Shown in pieces: positions 9,828-19,067 of a stretch of 64,000 nucleotides of DNA (its first letter is position 1; each line of letters begins with the position of its first letter). The stretch spans positions 136,254 to 200,253 of the forward strand of contig DAHVRZ010000001.1 in NCBI GenBank assembly GCA_027324805.1, given 5' to 3'. Position numbers and translations under genes: made by a program. The notes under the pieces were generated by a model that had not been told where the DNA came from, ran no database searches, and saw only the letters and a program-made list of their open reading frames with translations. Source of the DNA: Candidatus Parcubacteria bacterium. Its GTDB lineage: Bacteria; Patescibacteriota; Minisyncoccia; UBA6257; 2-01-FULL-56-20.

Positions 9828-12545
9828 ATGCCAAACTTCCATCGTTTCACCATAAAAGCGCAGGAGGCCCTGCAGAACGCCCAGGAGATCGCTGCAAAAA
9901 AGAATCATGGCGAGCTTAAATCGCTCCACCTGCTCGCCGCCCTTCTTGAGGATGAACAGTCGCTCGTCATTCCGGTGCTCGAACGTTCCGGCGTGGACAT
10001 TGACCGGCTCGACGAACAGATAGAGGAGGAGCTCGACCGCATTCCGCCCATTCTCTCGAATTCGGCGGTCGGCCAGCTATACCTTTCCCAGGAGCTGATG
10101 CGCGTACTCGATCAGGCGGCCAAGGTCGCCGCCCAACAGAAAGATGAATTCGTTTCGTGCGAACATCTTTTGCTCGCGCTCCTTGACGTTCCCGGTGCGG
10201 CCAAGTCCGTGCTCGAGAAGTTCGGCGTGCGCCGGGAGACCGCGTTCCGCGTGCTTGCCCAGCTTCGCGGCTCGGTCCGCGTGACGGACGAAACGCCGGA
10301 AAGCAAATTCCAGGTATTCGAGAAATACGCCATCAACCTCAGCGAGAAGGCAAAAGCCGGCCAATTGGATCCGGTGATCGGACGCGAGGAGGAACTTCGC
10401 CGCCTTATGCAGGTCCTTTCGCGCCGCACCAAGAACAATCCGTGCCTCATCGGCGAACCGGGCGTCGGCAAGACCGCCATCGTGGAGGGTCTCGCCCAGC
10501 GCATCGCGTCGGGCGATGTGCCGGAGCTTTTGAAAGGCAAGCAGGTCCTCATGCTCGACCTTGGATCGCTCATCGCGGGCACCAAGTTCCGCGGGGAGTT
10601 CGAGGATCGCCTGAAGGCGTTCGTGAAGGAGGTCAAGAACGCCGCCGGACAGATCATCCTCTTTATAGACGAGATCCATACGATCGTTGGCGCCGGCGCC
10701 GCCGAAGGCGCGATTGATGCTTCAAATCTGCTCAAGCCGGCCCTCGCGCGCGGCGAATTGCACGCGATCGGCGCCACCACCTTCCGCGAATACCAGAAAT
10801 ATATAGAGAAGGATCCTGCGCTCGAGCGTCGCTTCCAGCCGATCACGGTGGAGGAGCCGTCCATCGAAGATTCGATCTCCATTCTGCGCGGGCTCAAGGA
10901 GAAGTACGAAATCCATCATGGTATGCGCATCAGCGACGAGGCGATCATCGAGGCCGTGAACCTTTCGGCTCGCTATATCACCGACCGGTTCCTTCCGGAC
11001 AAGGCGGTGGACCTTATTGACGAGGCTGCGGCTGCCCGGCGGCTCGAGTCGGAGTCCCTTCCGAAGGAGATTGATAACATCCGCCGCAGCATCACGCGGC
11101 TCGAGGTTGAAAAACAGGCTCTTATGCAGGAAGGGGAGAACGGGCGCAGTGCCGAACGGCTCAAGGAGATCGATGTCCAGCTCGCCAAATGTAAGGATGA
11201 GAACGACGAGCTTTCGAGCAAGTGGCATTCCGAGAAGATCAAATTCGAGACTTTGCACCAGCTGCGGCAGAAGGTGGAGAATCTGAAGCGCGAAGCGGAG
11301 GTTGCCGAACGCGAAGGGAATCTTGAGCGGGTGGCGCAGATCATCTACGGCGAGCTTCCGGTGGCCGAGAAGGATTTTGCCATGTTCGAGAAGAAGAATT
11401 TCGGGACGCCTTCCGCCGCCGCGCGCCGCCGCGCCGCCGCGCATAAAACGGCCGCAGGCACCGATGCCGGCGAGACTCCGTCCGGCCGTTCCGCCGCGTC
11501 CGCTGACCGCTTCCTCAAGGAGGCGGTGGACAAGGAAGACGTTGCCGCGGTCGTGTCGGTATGGACCGGCATTCCCCTGAAGCGCATGCTCGAGACCGAG
11601 ACCGACAAGCTCATCCGCATCGAGGACGTGCTCCGCGAGCGCGTTATCGGGCAGGAGGAAGGCATTTCCGCCGTCGCCGCGGCATTGCGCCGCGCGCGGG
11701 CCGGCCTTTCCGATCTCAACCGCCCCATCGGTTCGTTCATGTTCCTCGGTCCCACGGGAGTCGGCAAGACCGAGCTTGCTCGCGCACTCGCCGAGTTCAT
11801 GTTCAACGACGAAAAAGCGCTCATCCGCGTGGATATGTCGGAATATATGGAGCGCCATGCGACCTCGCGCCTCATCGGTTCGCCGCCGGGCTACGTTGGC
11901 CATGAGGAGGGAGGCCAGCTCACCGAACTCATTCGCCATCGGCCGTACAGCGTCATCCTTTTCGATGAGATCGAGAAGGCGCATCCCGAGGTGTTCAATC
12001 TTCTCCTCCAGGTGCTCGATGACGGCCGCCTCACCGACAGCAAAGGAAAGACGGTGAACTTCAAGAATTCGATCATCATCATGACGTCGAACGTCGGCAG
12101 TCAGTATCTCCGCGCCATGTCGCGCATTGGGTTCAGTTCCGAAAGTTCCGGCTCGACCTCCGAAGAAGGGGATTATAAAGAGAAGGTTATGGATTCGCTC
12201 CGACAGAGCTTCCGGCCTGAGTTCCTGAACCGCATTGACGAGATCGTCGTCTTCAACCCGCTTCACCGGGCGGACATCGAGAAAATCGTGAATATCCAGC
12301 TTTCGCGCATCGAAAACCAGCTCAATGAGCGCAATATCCGCCTCGATATAGGCACCGATGCCCGTGCTTATCTTGCGAAGGAGGGTTTCAGCGCCGAATT
12401 CGGCGCCCGGCCTCTCAAGCGGCTCATCCAGAAAATGATCCTCGATCGTCTTGCCGATAAGATCATCCGCGGGGAAGTGAAAGAGGGGGGCAAGATAAAG
12501 GTGGGATTCAAGGCTGACGTGCTCACCTTCACTTCCGGAAGGTAA
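9828..12545 (+). CDS. clpB: ATP-dependent chaperone ClpB
   Basis: Clp N domain, GEPGVGKT and GPTGVGKT Walker A motifs, coiled-coil M domain, [10 protein letters not shown]. Confidence 0.93.
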   Translation: MPNFHRFTIKAQEALQNAQEIAAKKNHGELKSLHLLAALLEDEQSLVIPVLERSGVDIDRLDEQIEEELDRIPPILSNSAVGQLYLSQELMRVLDQAAKVAAQQKDEFVSCEHLLLALLDVPGAAKSVLEKFGVRRETAFRVLAQLRGSVRVTDETPESKFQVFEKYAINLSEKAKAGQLDPVIGREEELRRLMQVLSRRTKNNPCLIGEPGVGKTAIVEGLAQRIASGDVPELLKGKQVLMLDLGSLIAGTKFRGEFEDRLKAFVKEVKNAAGQIILFIDEIHTIVGAGAAEGAIDASNLLKPALARGELHAIGATTFREYQKYIEKDPALERRFQPITVEEPSIEDSISILRGLKEKYEIHHGMRISDEAIIEAVNLSARYITDRFLPDKAVDLIDEAAAARRLESESLPKEIDNIRRSITRLEVEKQALMQEGENGRSAERLKEIDVQLAKCKDENDELSSKWHSEKIKFETLHQLRQKVENLKREAEVAEREGNLERVAQIIYGELPVAEKDFAMFEKKNFGTPSAAARRRAAAHKTAAGTDAGETPSGRSAASADRFLKEAVDKEDVAAVVSVWTGIPLKRMLETETDKLIRIEDVLRERVIGQEEGISAVAAALRRARAGLSDLNRPIGSFMFLGPTGVGKTELARALAEFMFNDEKALIRVDMSEYMERHATSRLIGSPPGYVGHEEGGQLTELIRHRPYSVILFDEIEKAHPEVFNLLLQVLDDGRLTDSKGKTVNFKNSIIIMTSNVGSQYLRAMSRIGFSSESSGSTSEEGDYKEKVMDSLRQSFRPEFLNRIDEIVVFNPLHRADIEKIVNIQLSRIENQLNERNIRLDIGTDARAYLAKEGFSAEFGARPLKRLIQKMILDRLADKIIRGEVKEGGKIKVGFKADVLTFTSGR

Positions 12546-12558
12546 TATCCCGTGCCAT

Positions 12559-12600
12559 AAACGCAAAAATCCCAACTATTTTTTGGGATTTTTGCGTTTT
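12559..12600 (+). terminator. Intrinsic terminator after clpB
   Basis: AAACGCAAAAATCCCAA / TTGGGATTTTTGCGTTT inverted repeat. Confidence 0.8.
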
Positions 12601-12634
12601 GGGGTAAGGAGCCGGCGGGGTTATAATTCTAGGA

Positions 12635-13384
12635 ATGCTTTCCAAGCTTAAAGAGCGTTTTTGGTCCTTGCGCGGCACCATCATCCGTGCCGCGATCTTC
12701 GCCCTGGCGTGGGGGGTTTTCCCTTTCTGGCTTTTTCTCCTTGTCGCTCTTTATCTTTTCTTTGTGCCGCCGGCACAGGCGGGGACGGTCATTGTGCCGT
12801 TCATCGTTCTTATGAGTCTCGCGTTCTTCTCTCCGACGGGTTTCCTTATGGCCGCCGTATTCGGCCTGCTCTTCTGGTATATCCTCCTCATAAAAGAGCT
12901 CTATCTCATTGACCGCAAAGTGGCCTATGAAACGCTCTTACTCGTTCTCATATTCCTTATGTTCCGGCTATTCTATGAGCTGTTGGGGGCGGGATTCGCC
13001 ATGCCGGCGTCTTTCCTGTTCGCCATCCTTATTGCAGGCGCGTCCGGATTTCTTTTTTCGAGCTTTGTAAGGCTTTTTGGGTCCGGTGAAGAGACCAATA
13101 CTGACGAAGGATCGGCGGCGAGGGTCCGCGCGAGACAGCTCCATCGGGCCGCCTCCGGTGCAATCTCCTTCCTTATATTTGAAACCCTGCTTATGGGCCT
13201 CTTCCTCCCGCTCGACTTTGTATATCAAACCATCATCACGTTTGTTTTTGCGGCGTTTACGCTCGATCTTGCCTCCCGCCATCTCGTGGAAGGTTCCCTG
13301 CCGCGCGAGCGGATTCTCGTCGTTTCGAGTACCGCCTTCGCCCTTCTCGTCATCATTCTGAGCTCCGCACGTTGGGGGTTGTAG
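12635..13384 (+). CDS. Hypothetical multi-pass membrane protein
   Basis: 249 aa, many hydrophobic segments, own -10 box. Confidence 0.75.
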   Translation: MLSKLKERFWSLRGTIIRAAIFALAWGVFPFWLFLLVALYLFFVPPAQAGTVIVPFIVLMSLAFFSPTGFLMAAVFGLLFWYILLIKELYLIDRKVAYETLLLVLIFLMFRLFYELLGAGFAMPASFLFAILIAGASGFLFSSFVRLFGSGEETNTDEGSAARVRARQLHRAASGAISFLIFETLLMGLFLPLDFVYQTIITFVFAAFTLDLASRHLVEGSLPRERILVVSSTAFALLVIILSSARWGL

Positions 13385-13459
13385 GGCCTTTGCGGCCAAC
13401 GCGTTGCCTGTTTCGGGCGCATAACTCCCGCGTCGACCCTTTGTTATAATTGAAAGACC

Positions 13460-14278
13460 ATGAAAAAAGTAACTACACTCGTGCTCCCCATTGCGGGACT
13501 CGGCAAGCGGCTCATGCCGCTCACGAAAAGGACCCCCAAAAACCTCGTGTGCGTGAACGGTAAACCCCTCATTGAATACGTACTCGAAGAGGCGGTCGCC
13601 GCCGGCATAAAGAAGGTAGTGCTCATCGTGAATCCGAAGCATCTCGCCGATTTCAACCGGTATGTGAAATCGGCAAAGCACCGTTTTTCGTCGCTTGCGT
13701 TCACGGTGCGGATCCAGCCGACGCCCGGCGGCAACGGCCATGCGATCGCACAGGCTCACGACATCATAAAGAACGAGCCGTTTGCGGTACGCTTCTGCGA
13801 CGACATTCTTTTCACCGAAGATGAGACGCCCGGCGCGCTCATGTCGCTCATCAACGCATTTTCCCGGATGAAAGGTTCGATGAAAAGCATGGTGCTTCTC
13901 GAACGGGTGCCGAAGGAAATGGTCTCGCGCTTCGGCGTGGTGGGGATCGAACGTTCGAGCAAGGCATCCGTGGACGGTGGTAAGGTATATCGCGTGACGA
14001 AGATCGTCGAGAAGCCGGCAGTGAAGGACGCGCCGTCGAACCTCACGATCGTCGGAGGATATGTGTTCACTCCGGACGTCGTGCGCAATCTTAAAATGGT
14101 TTCCGATACCCTGCCGGTCGTTGCCGATGATGCGTTGCCGGTCGCGGTCGCGATCCAGATGCAGATCGCAATGAAGGGCAATGTCTATGGCTGGGAATTT
14201 CCGGGAATGCGTCTTGATTGCGGCACGCTCGAGAAGCTGCAACAGTCGGAGGAATTCCTTAAAGCGGCAAACGGCTAG
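13460..14278 (+). CDS. Sugar-phosphate nucleotidyltransferase (GalU-like)
   Basis: LPIAGLGKRLMPLT..TPK, GNGHAI, IVEKP, RLDCGT. Confidence 0.88.
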   Translation: MKKVTTLVLPIAGLGKRLMPLTKRTPKNLVCVNGKPLIEYVLEEAVAAGIKKVVLIVNPKHLADFNRYVKSAKHRFSSLAFTVRIQPTPGGNGHAIAQAHDIIKNEPFAVRFCDDILFTEDETPGALMSLINAFSRMKGSMKSMVLLERVPKEMVSRFGVVGIERSSKASVDGGKVYRVTKIVEKPAVKDAPSNLTIVGGYVFTPDVVRNLKMVSDTLPVVADDALPVAVAIQMQIAMKGNVYGWEFPGMRLDCGTLEKLQQSEEFLKAANG

Positions 14279-14318
14279 ACTTGCTTTTGCCGCATTTCCG
14301 TGTTATTCTTTGCCCATT

Positions 14319-15071
14319 ATGAGCGAGAACGGCAAGGATCGTTTCGTCTTCACAAAGTCCTATGAGATCGCCTACGCACTGTTCCGTATTGCCGGAACGT
14401 TGCAGGAACATGACTTTGCCGAAAGGCTTCGCGCTGCCGCGGGCGGCCTCCTTGAGGCGGCTGCACTTCAGGATCATCCGGCAACCCGCCGGTCCCTGCA
14501 GTCCATCGAGTGTTTCATAAAATTTGCGGGCGACGTCAATCTCCTCGCTCCGGCCAATGCCGATACCATCCTCCGGGAGGTCTATCTTCTTGATGCCGCA
14601 ACCGTCGAACGGGTGAACTCGGCACGTTCGACGGCGAACGGCATAGACCTTTCCGAAATATTTTCCCATACCGGCAGTGCGGATATGCGGTCTTCGGATC
14701 CGCAATCCTTCGAACAGCAAGCGTATCCCGTTTCACCTGGCGACGATGCGGAAATCAATGCGGCAAAAGGCAATGCGGCAACAATAATAGAGGAAGCGAA
14801 AGAGCACGGTTTTATCAAGTCCGAAATGCGGCAATCGGCAATCATTGAACGAATACGGCAATACGGCAATTGCCGATTGAAGGATATTCAGGAGATCCTG
14901 CCGGGGTGCAGCGAACGCACCATCCGTTACGATCTACAATCTCTCATCGAGCGTAACCTCATCGAACGCATGGGTGCGGGAGGTCCGGCAGTCACCTACC
15001 GGATGCGGCAAATGATGACGAACGGAGTAGGAGGGGGAGTGGATCAAAATACCCCCGAAGGGATGGGGTAA
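14319..15071 (+). CDS. Transcriptional regulator: N-terminal helical bundle plus C-terminal DeoR-type winged HTH
   Basis: C-terminal RQSAIIERI...LKDIQEILPGCSERTIRYDLQSLIERNLIER; promoter TTGCTT (14281-14286), 17 bp, TATTCT (14304-14309) with upstream TG. Confidence 0.75.
   Translation: MSENGKDRFVFTKSYEIAYALFRIAGTLQEHDFAERLRAAAGGLLEAAALQDHPATRRSLQSIECFIKFAGDVNLLAPANADTILREVYLLDAATVERVNSARSTANGIDLSEIFSHTGSADMRSSDPQSFEQQAYPVSPGDDAEINAAKGNAATIIEEAKEHGFIKSEMRQSAIIERIRQYGNCRLKDIQEILPGCSERTIRYDLQSLIERNLIERMGAGGPAVTYRMRQMMTNGVGGGVDQNTPEGMG
14749..14875. repeat. Cluster of CGGCAA(T) short repeats inside the regulator gene
   Basis: CGGCAA at 14761, 14776, 14829, 14836, 14856, 14864; inverted TTGCCG at 14870; near-copies at 14749 and 14768. 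Confidence 0.85.
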
Positions 15072-15157
15072 CCTTTCTCCCGGGGCGGCGTTGTATTTAG
15101 TGCGAATTCGGGAGTTTTGGAGACGGCTTGTCCACACCCTTTTTCGCGAATAGTCGG

Positions 15158-15545
15158 TATAATTGAACATGTAGTATCGGTTTGGTGTGAGGCCGAACCG
15201 GAATGAGGATTGAGAGTTTTGTGAGTAGTGAAGATTGCGGACGCAACTATGAGCGCGTCCATAATCTCCACTACTTACTTCTGTCATTCATTATTCCCTT
15301 GTGCCTCGCCCGACCGGCGAGGTTCTTCTTTATTTTGTAATAACCCCGTAGCCGTCATACTCTCTCCTCTATTTTGTCCCGCGGGTCCTCACCCCGCCCG
15401 ACACCTTATCAGAGAGCGATATGCCGGAGACGGCGACCAGAAACAAAAATGAAATCATACAAAAGGTCGACGTCCAGGGCTCCGTACGACAGCAAGACGG
15501 ATCCCAGGTCGATAACTCAAATCAAAGTTCGAAATTAAATACACA
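15158..15545 (+). ncRNA. Long structured 5' leader or candidate ncRNA upstream of the S-layer-like gene
   Basis: TATAAT at 15158-15163 followed by about 380 nt with at least five stem-loop domains and no credible ORF. Confidence 0.6.
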
Positions 15546-18500
15546 ATGAGCATAAACAAAAAGTTGGTTTCAGCCGCACTTACGGCCACCACGATTCTGT
15601 GGGCGGTCGGCGCGGCCGCGCTTCCTGTTGTGAATGCCCAGACGACGACCACGGCCAATCTTACGGCTTTGATCGCGTCTTTGCAGCAACAGATCGCAGC
15701 CCTCACTGCACAGCTGAATGCCAAGACGGGGACCTCCACTGCGTCCACCGGTTCGTCCTATGCCTTCGGTACCACTGACCTCACCATTGGTTCCCGCGGC
15801 GCTGGCGTGACGGTGCTCCAGCAGTTCCTCATCGATCAGGGCGACCTGACCGTGGTCTCGGCTCCGACGGGCTACTTTGGTACTGCTACCCAAGCCGCTC
15901 TCGCGAAGTTCCAGGCCGCGAATGGCATTAAGCCTGCATCGGGTTTCTATGGTCCGATCACTCGCGCTTTCCTCGCGAAGTATCAGACCTCTTCCTCGAC
16001 TGGCACCTCGACTGGCACCGGCACCGGTACCGGCACGGGTTCCACGACGGGCACAACGGCTCCGGCAACGGGCCTTCAGGTGAGCTTGGCTTCCGATAAC
16101 CCGGCGGCCGGTTCCTTGGTTTCTTCCGCTAATGGTAGCGGCGGCGGTTCGGCTGCCCGCATTCCGGTTCTCGCCTTCAACTTGTCGGCGGGTAACTCGG
16201 GTGCAGCGACCGTTTCGCAGTTGGTCTTCCAGAAGACGGGTGTCGTTTCTGACGCGGCGATCTCGAATGCCTACTTGGTCCAGAACGGCCAGGTGGTCGC
16301 TCAGTACGCTTCGCTCTCGAGCGGCGTTCTTACCTTCTCCGGCTTGAATCTTTCGATCCCGGCCGGTCAGACGCAGGAATTCCAGCTCGCAGTTGGTCTC
16401 TCGAGCGGCTCGGCTTCGGCTGGTAACACCGTGGGCTTCTCGCTCCCGGCTGCCACCAGCGTGACCGCGTTCGGCTCGAATAACTCGGCGATCACTGCGA
16501 CGGGCAACTTCCCGATGAACGGCAACATGTTCACGGTGACGACCGTCAACAATCCTCCGCTCGCAACCCTCACTGTCCAATCGTCCTCGATCGGCACGAC
16601 GGTGACTGCGGGTACGCAGGGTAACATTGTTGGTGCTTATAATTTCTCTGTCGGCATCAATCCGGTATACCTTCAGAACGTCAACTTCCATGTTATCGGT
16701 TCTGCGAATGACGCGAACATCCAGAACGTGAAGCTGATGGTCAATGGTACGCAGTTCGGCCAGACGCTTTCCGCGGTTCCCGCGAACGGCATGGCTGATT
16801 TCTCCGGCAGCGTTAAGCTCAATAGCGGCGCCAACAATGTGCAGGTTGTGGCTGACGTGATGGGTTCCCCGAACATGAACTTCCAGTTCGAGGTCCTCAA
16901 CAGCTACGATGTGCTCGCGGTTGACAGCCAGTACAACGTTCCGATCTCGGTGACCAACACCGGTGGTACGGATCCGTCTGAACTGGTGAGCATCCAGGCC
17001 GGTCAGATCACGATGAGCCAGGATTCGGGTACCCCGACGGGCAATATCTCGAAGGGTATGTCGAATGTGACTCTCGCGAAATACGACCTCTATGCGGCGG
17101 GTGAGCCGGTCAAGGTCCAGTACCTCGACTTCAACATTGCGCTTGGTACTCCTGGTGCTAATACGACGTTGAGCAACGAAATCCAGAGCGTTTCGCTCGT
17201 GGATGACGCCGGCAATCAGGTTGGTACGACGATCACGACGCCTCCTTCCAGCAACAGCTGTCAGGCGGGCACCGCGGCGTATAGCTATAACAGTACGACC
17301 ACGGTCGGTACCTACAACGATTGCTTCGGTTCGCCTTCTTCGCCGATCAATTATATTGTTCCGGCGAACACGACCCGTGTGTTGAGCCTCAAGGCCAACA
17401 TCCAGTCAACGGCGGACTTCTCGACGATCACTGCCAACTTGACGGGTAACACCAACAACCTCCAGGGTCAGATCTCCAGCAAGACCGCCAGCACCGGCGC
17501 CGTAAGCGGCGTCTCGCTGACGCTCGTGAGCTCGAGTCTCACTCCGGCGGTGAACAATGCTCTCGGCAATCAGAGCGTGTCGGCGGGTACCACGAACCTC
17601 AAAGTCGGTTCGTACTCGCTCAGCGCTTCGTCGGCTGAGGGTGTCAACGTGAACACGGTGAGCGTCAAGCTCACACCGGGTACCACCACGTGGAATGGTA
17701 ATGCCGCTGCGTTCCAGAACCTCAAACTGTTCGTCAATGGCGCACAGTTCGGTACGACGCAGGGCGTTCTTAGCCCGGGTGCGACCTACGTGTTCTCGGG
17801 TTCCCCGATCAACATTCCGGCGGGTCAGACGGTGAACGTCGATGTGTATGCGGATACCTTGTCGAATGCGACGGGTACCTATGCACACGCGACGGGTCTC
17901 ACCGGCTACACAGGCACCGGCCAGGTCTCGTATGACTCGGTCACGTATTCCAACGAGCTTGATGGACAGCAGATCAGCTTCAGCGGCCAGCCGGCGCTGT
18001 CGGTTGCTGCTGACTCCAGCAATCCTCCTTCTGGTGTGATCGCGCAGAACACGACCGGCAATTCGCTCGCGGTATTCCGCTTCTCGGAAACCTCGAACGT
18101 CGAGGCAGTAAAGGTGACGCAGATGAACATCACGGAAGCGGTGTCGTCCTCGTCCGCGAACTTCAGCAACCTCCAGCTCTACAATGGCTCGACGTTGCTT
18201 GGTACCGCGAATGCGCCTACCTTGACCGCCACGAACACCTGGACCTACGTGTTCAGCAGCTTCTCCAACGCGTTGATCGTCCCGCAGGGCGGTTCGGTCT
18301 CGCTTACCCTCAAGGGTGATGCGGGCTCGTACACCGGCGGTTCGATCGCTGACAACTCGACCTCGACCTTCTCGATCGCCACTTCTTCGATCATTGCGCG
18401 CGGCGCTACGTCGAACAAGACGGCCACGGTGAGCGGTTCGGCTTCGGGTAACGTCATGACGGTGTTGAGGAGCACTGAGACGGTTGCGGGCAGCCTTGTG

Positions 18501-18938
18501 ACCAGCTTGCCTCCGGCGAGCTTCCAGCAGATCGGTGGTTTCACGATCACCTCGAATGCTGCCGGTGACACGGTTCCGTCCTCGACCACACTGACCTTCA
18601 ACAGCACTGCCTCTACGACATTCTTGAACACGGTCGTCTTGCACGACGTGAACGGGAATGCGCTCACTGGCACTGCTTCCGGCACGGCGATCACGTTCCA
18701 CATTCCGTCCTCGTACGTAGTGACGGCGGGTAGCTCTTACACCTTCACGATTTGGGGTGATTTGAGCCAGATCCCGTCTGCAGCCAATGCGGCCCAGTCG
18801 CTCACGGCGCAGATCAAGGCCAACACTGACTACACGTACCTCGATGGTTCAACGAACGGTTCTACGGTCAATCTCCCGACGGTCGTGGTTCCGATCACGG
18901 TCGTCAGCTTGACCAGCCCGGTCGGCGGTCAGTTCTAG
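15546..18938 (+). CDS. Large secreted S-layer-like protein with peptidoglycan-binding domain
   Basis: Signal peptide, IASLQQQIAALTAQL coiled coil, PG-binding motif (DLTIGSRGAGVTVLQQFL...GYFGTATQAALAKFQ), repeated Ig-like S/T/N-rich modules. Confidence 0.8.
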   Translation: MSINKKLVSAALTATTILWAVGAAALPVVNAQTTTTANLTALIASLQQQIAALTAQLNAKTGTSTASTGSSYAFGTTDLTIGSRGAGVTVLQQFLIDQGDLTVVSAPTGYFGTATQAALAKFQAANGIKPASGFYGPITRAFLAKYQTSSSTGTSTGTGTGTGTGSTTGTTAPATGLQVSLASDNPAAGSLVSSANGSGGGSAARIPVLAFNLSAGNSGAATVSQLVFQKTGVVSDAAISNAYLVQNGQVVAQYASLSSGVLTFSGLNLSIPAGQTQEFQLAVGLSSGSASAGNTVGFSLPAATSVTAFGSNNSAITATGNFPMNGNMFTVTTVNNPPLATLTVQSSSIGTTVTAGTQGNIVGAYNFSVGINPVYLQNVNFHVIGSANDANIQNVKLMVNGTQFGQTLSAVPANGMADFSGSVKLNSGANNVQVVADVMGSPNMNFQFEVLNSYDVLAVDSQYNVPISVTNTGGTDPSELVSIQAGQITMSQDSGTPTGNISKGMSNVTLAKYDLYAAGEPVKVQYLDFNIALGTPGANTTLSNEIQSVSLVDDAGNQVGTTITTPPSSNSCQAGTAAYSYNSTTTVGTYNDCFGSPSSPINYIVPANTTRVLSLKANIQSTADFSTITANLTGNTNNLQGQISSKTASTGAVSGVSLTLVSSSLTPAVNNALGNQSVSAGTTNLKVGSYSLSASSAEGVNVNTVSVKLTPGTTTWNGNAAAFQNLKLFVNGAQFGTTQGVLSPGATYVFSGSPINIPAGQTVNVDVYADTLSNATGTYAHATGLTGYTGTGQVSYDSVTYSNELDGQQISFSGQPALSVAADSSNPPSGVIAQNTTGNSLAVFRFSETSNVEAVKVTQMNITEAVSSSSANFSNLQLYNGSTLLGTANAPTLTATNTWTYVFSSFSNALIVPQGGSVSLTLKGDAGSYTGGSIADNSTSTFSIATSSIIARGATSNKTATVSGSASGNVMTVLRSTETVAGSLVTSLPPASFQQIGGFTITSNAAGDTVPSSTTLTFNSTASTTFLNTVVLHDVNGNALTGTASGTAITFHIPSSYVVTAGSSYTFTIWGDLSQIPSAANAAQSLTAQIKANTDYTYLDGSTNGSTVNLPTVVVPITVVSLTSPVGGQF

Positions 18939-18981
18939 CCTAACGGCATCCTCGCGCTTCGCTTGTGACGTTGCGCAGGAC

Positions 18982-19012
18982 GAAAACCCCCTCCCTTCGG
19001 GAGGGGGTTTTC
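18982..19012 (+). terminator. Intrinsic terminator
   Basis: GAAAACCCCCTCCC-TTC-GGGAGGGGGTTTTC followed by T-rich tract. Confidence 0.88.
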
Positions 19013-19067
19013 ATTTTCTTTGACGGAGAGGAACGGTCCCTTTTCGGCAATGCGCTATAATAAATCC

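Noticed and set aside
10722-12575. Long antisense ORFs (e.g. 617 aa opposite clpB; also opposite hisS, ftsZ, infB, topA and the S-layer gene)
   Set aside because: Expected by-product of GC-rich codon usage; no motifs or expression signals.
16000-16070. ACTGGCACC/ACCGGCACC tandem repeats
   Set aside because: In-frame Thr-Gly linker of the surface protein; not a CRISPR or DNA-level repeat.
14319-18938. Diversity-generating retroelement, suggested by the Avd-like helical bundle and nearby structured RNA
   Set aside because: No reverse transcriptase in the window, and I found no template/variable repeat pair differing at adenines.
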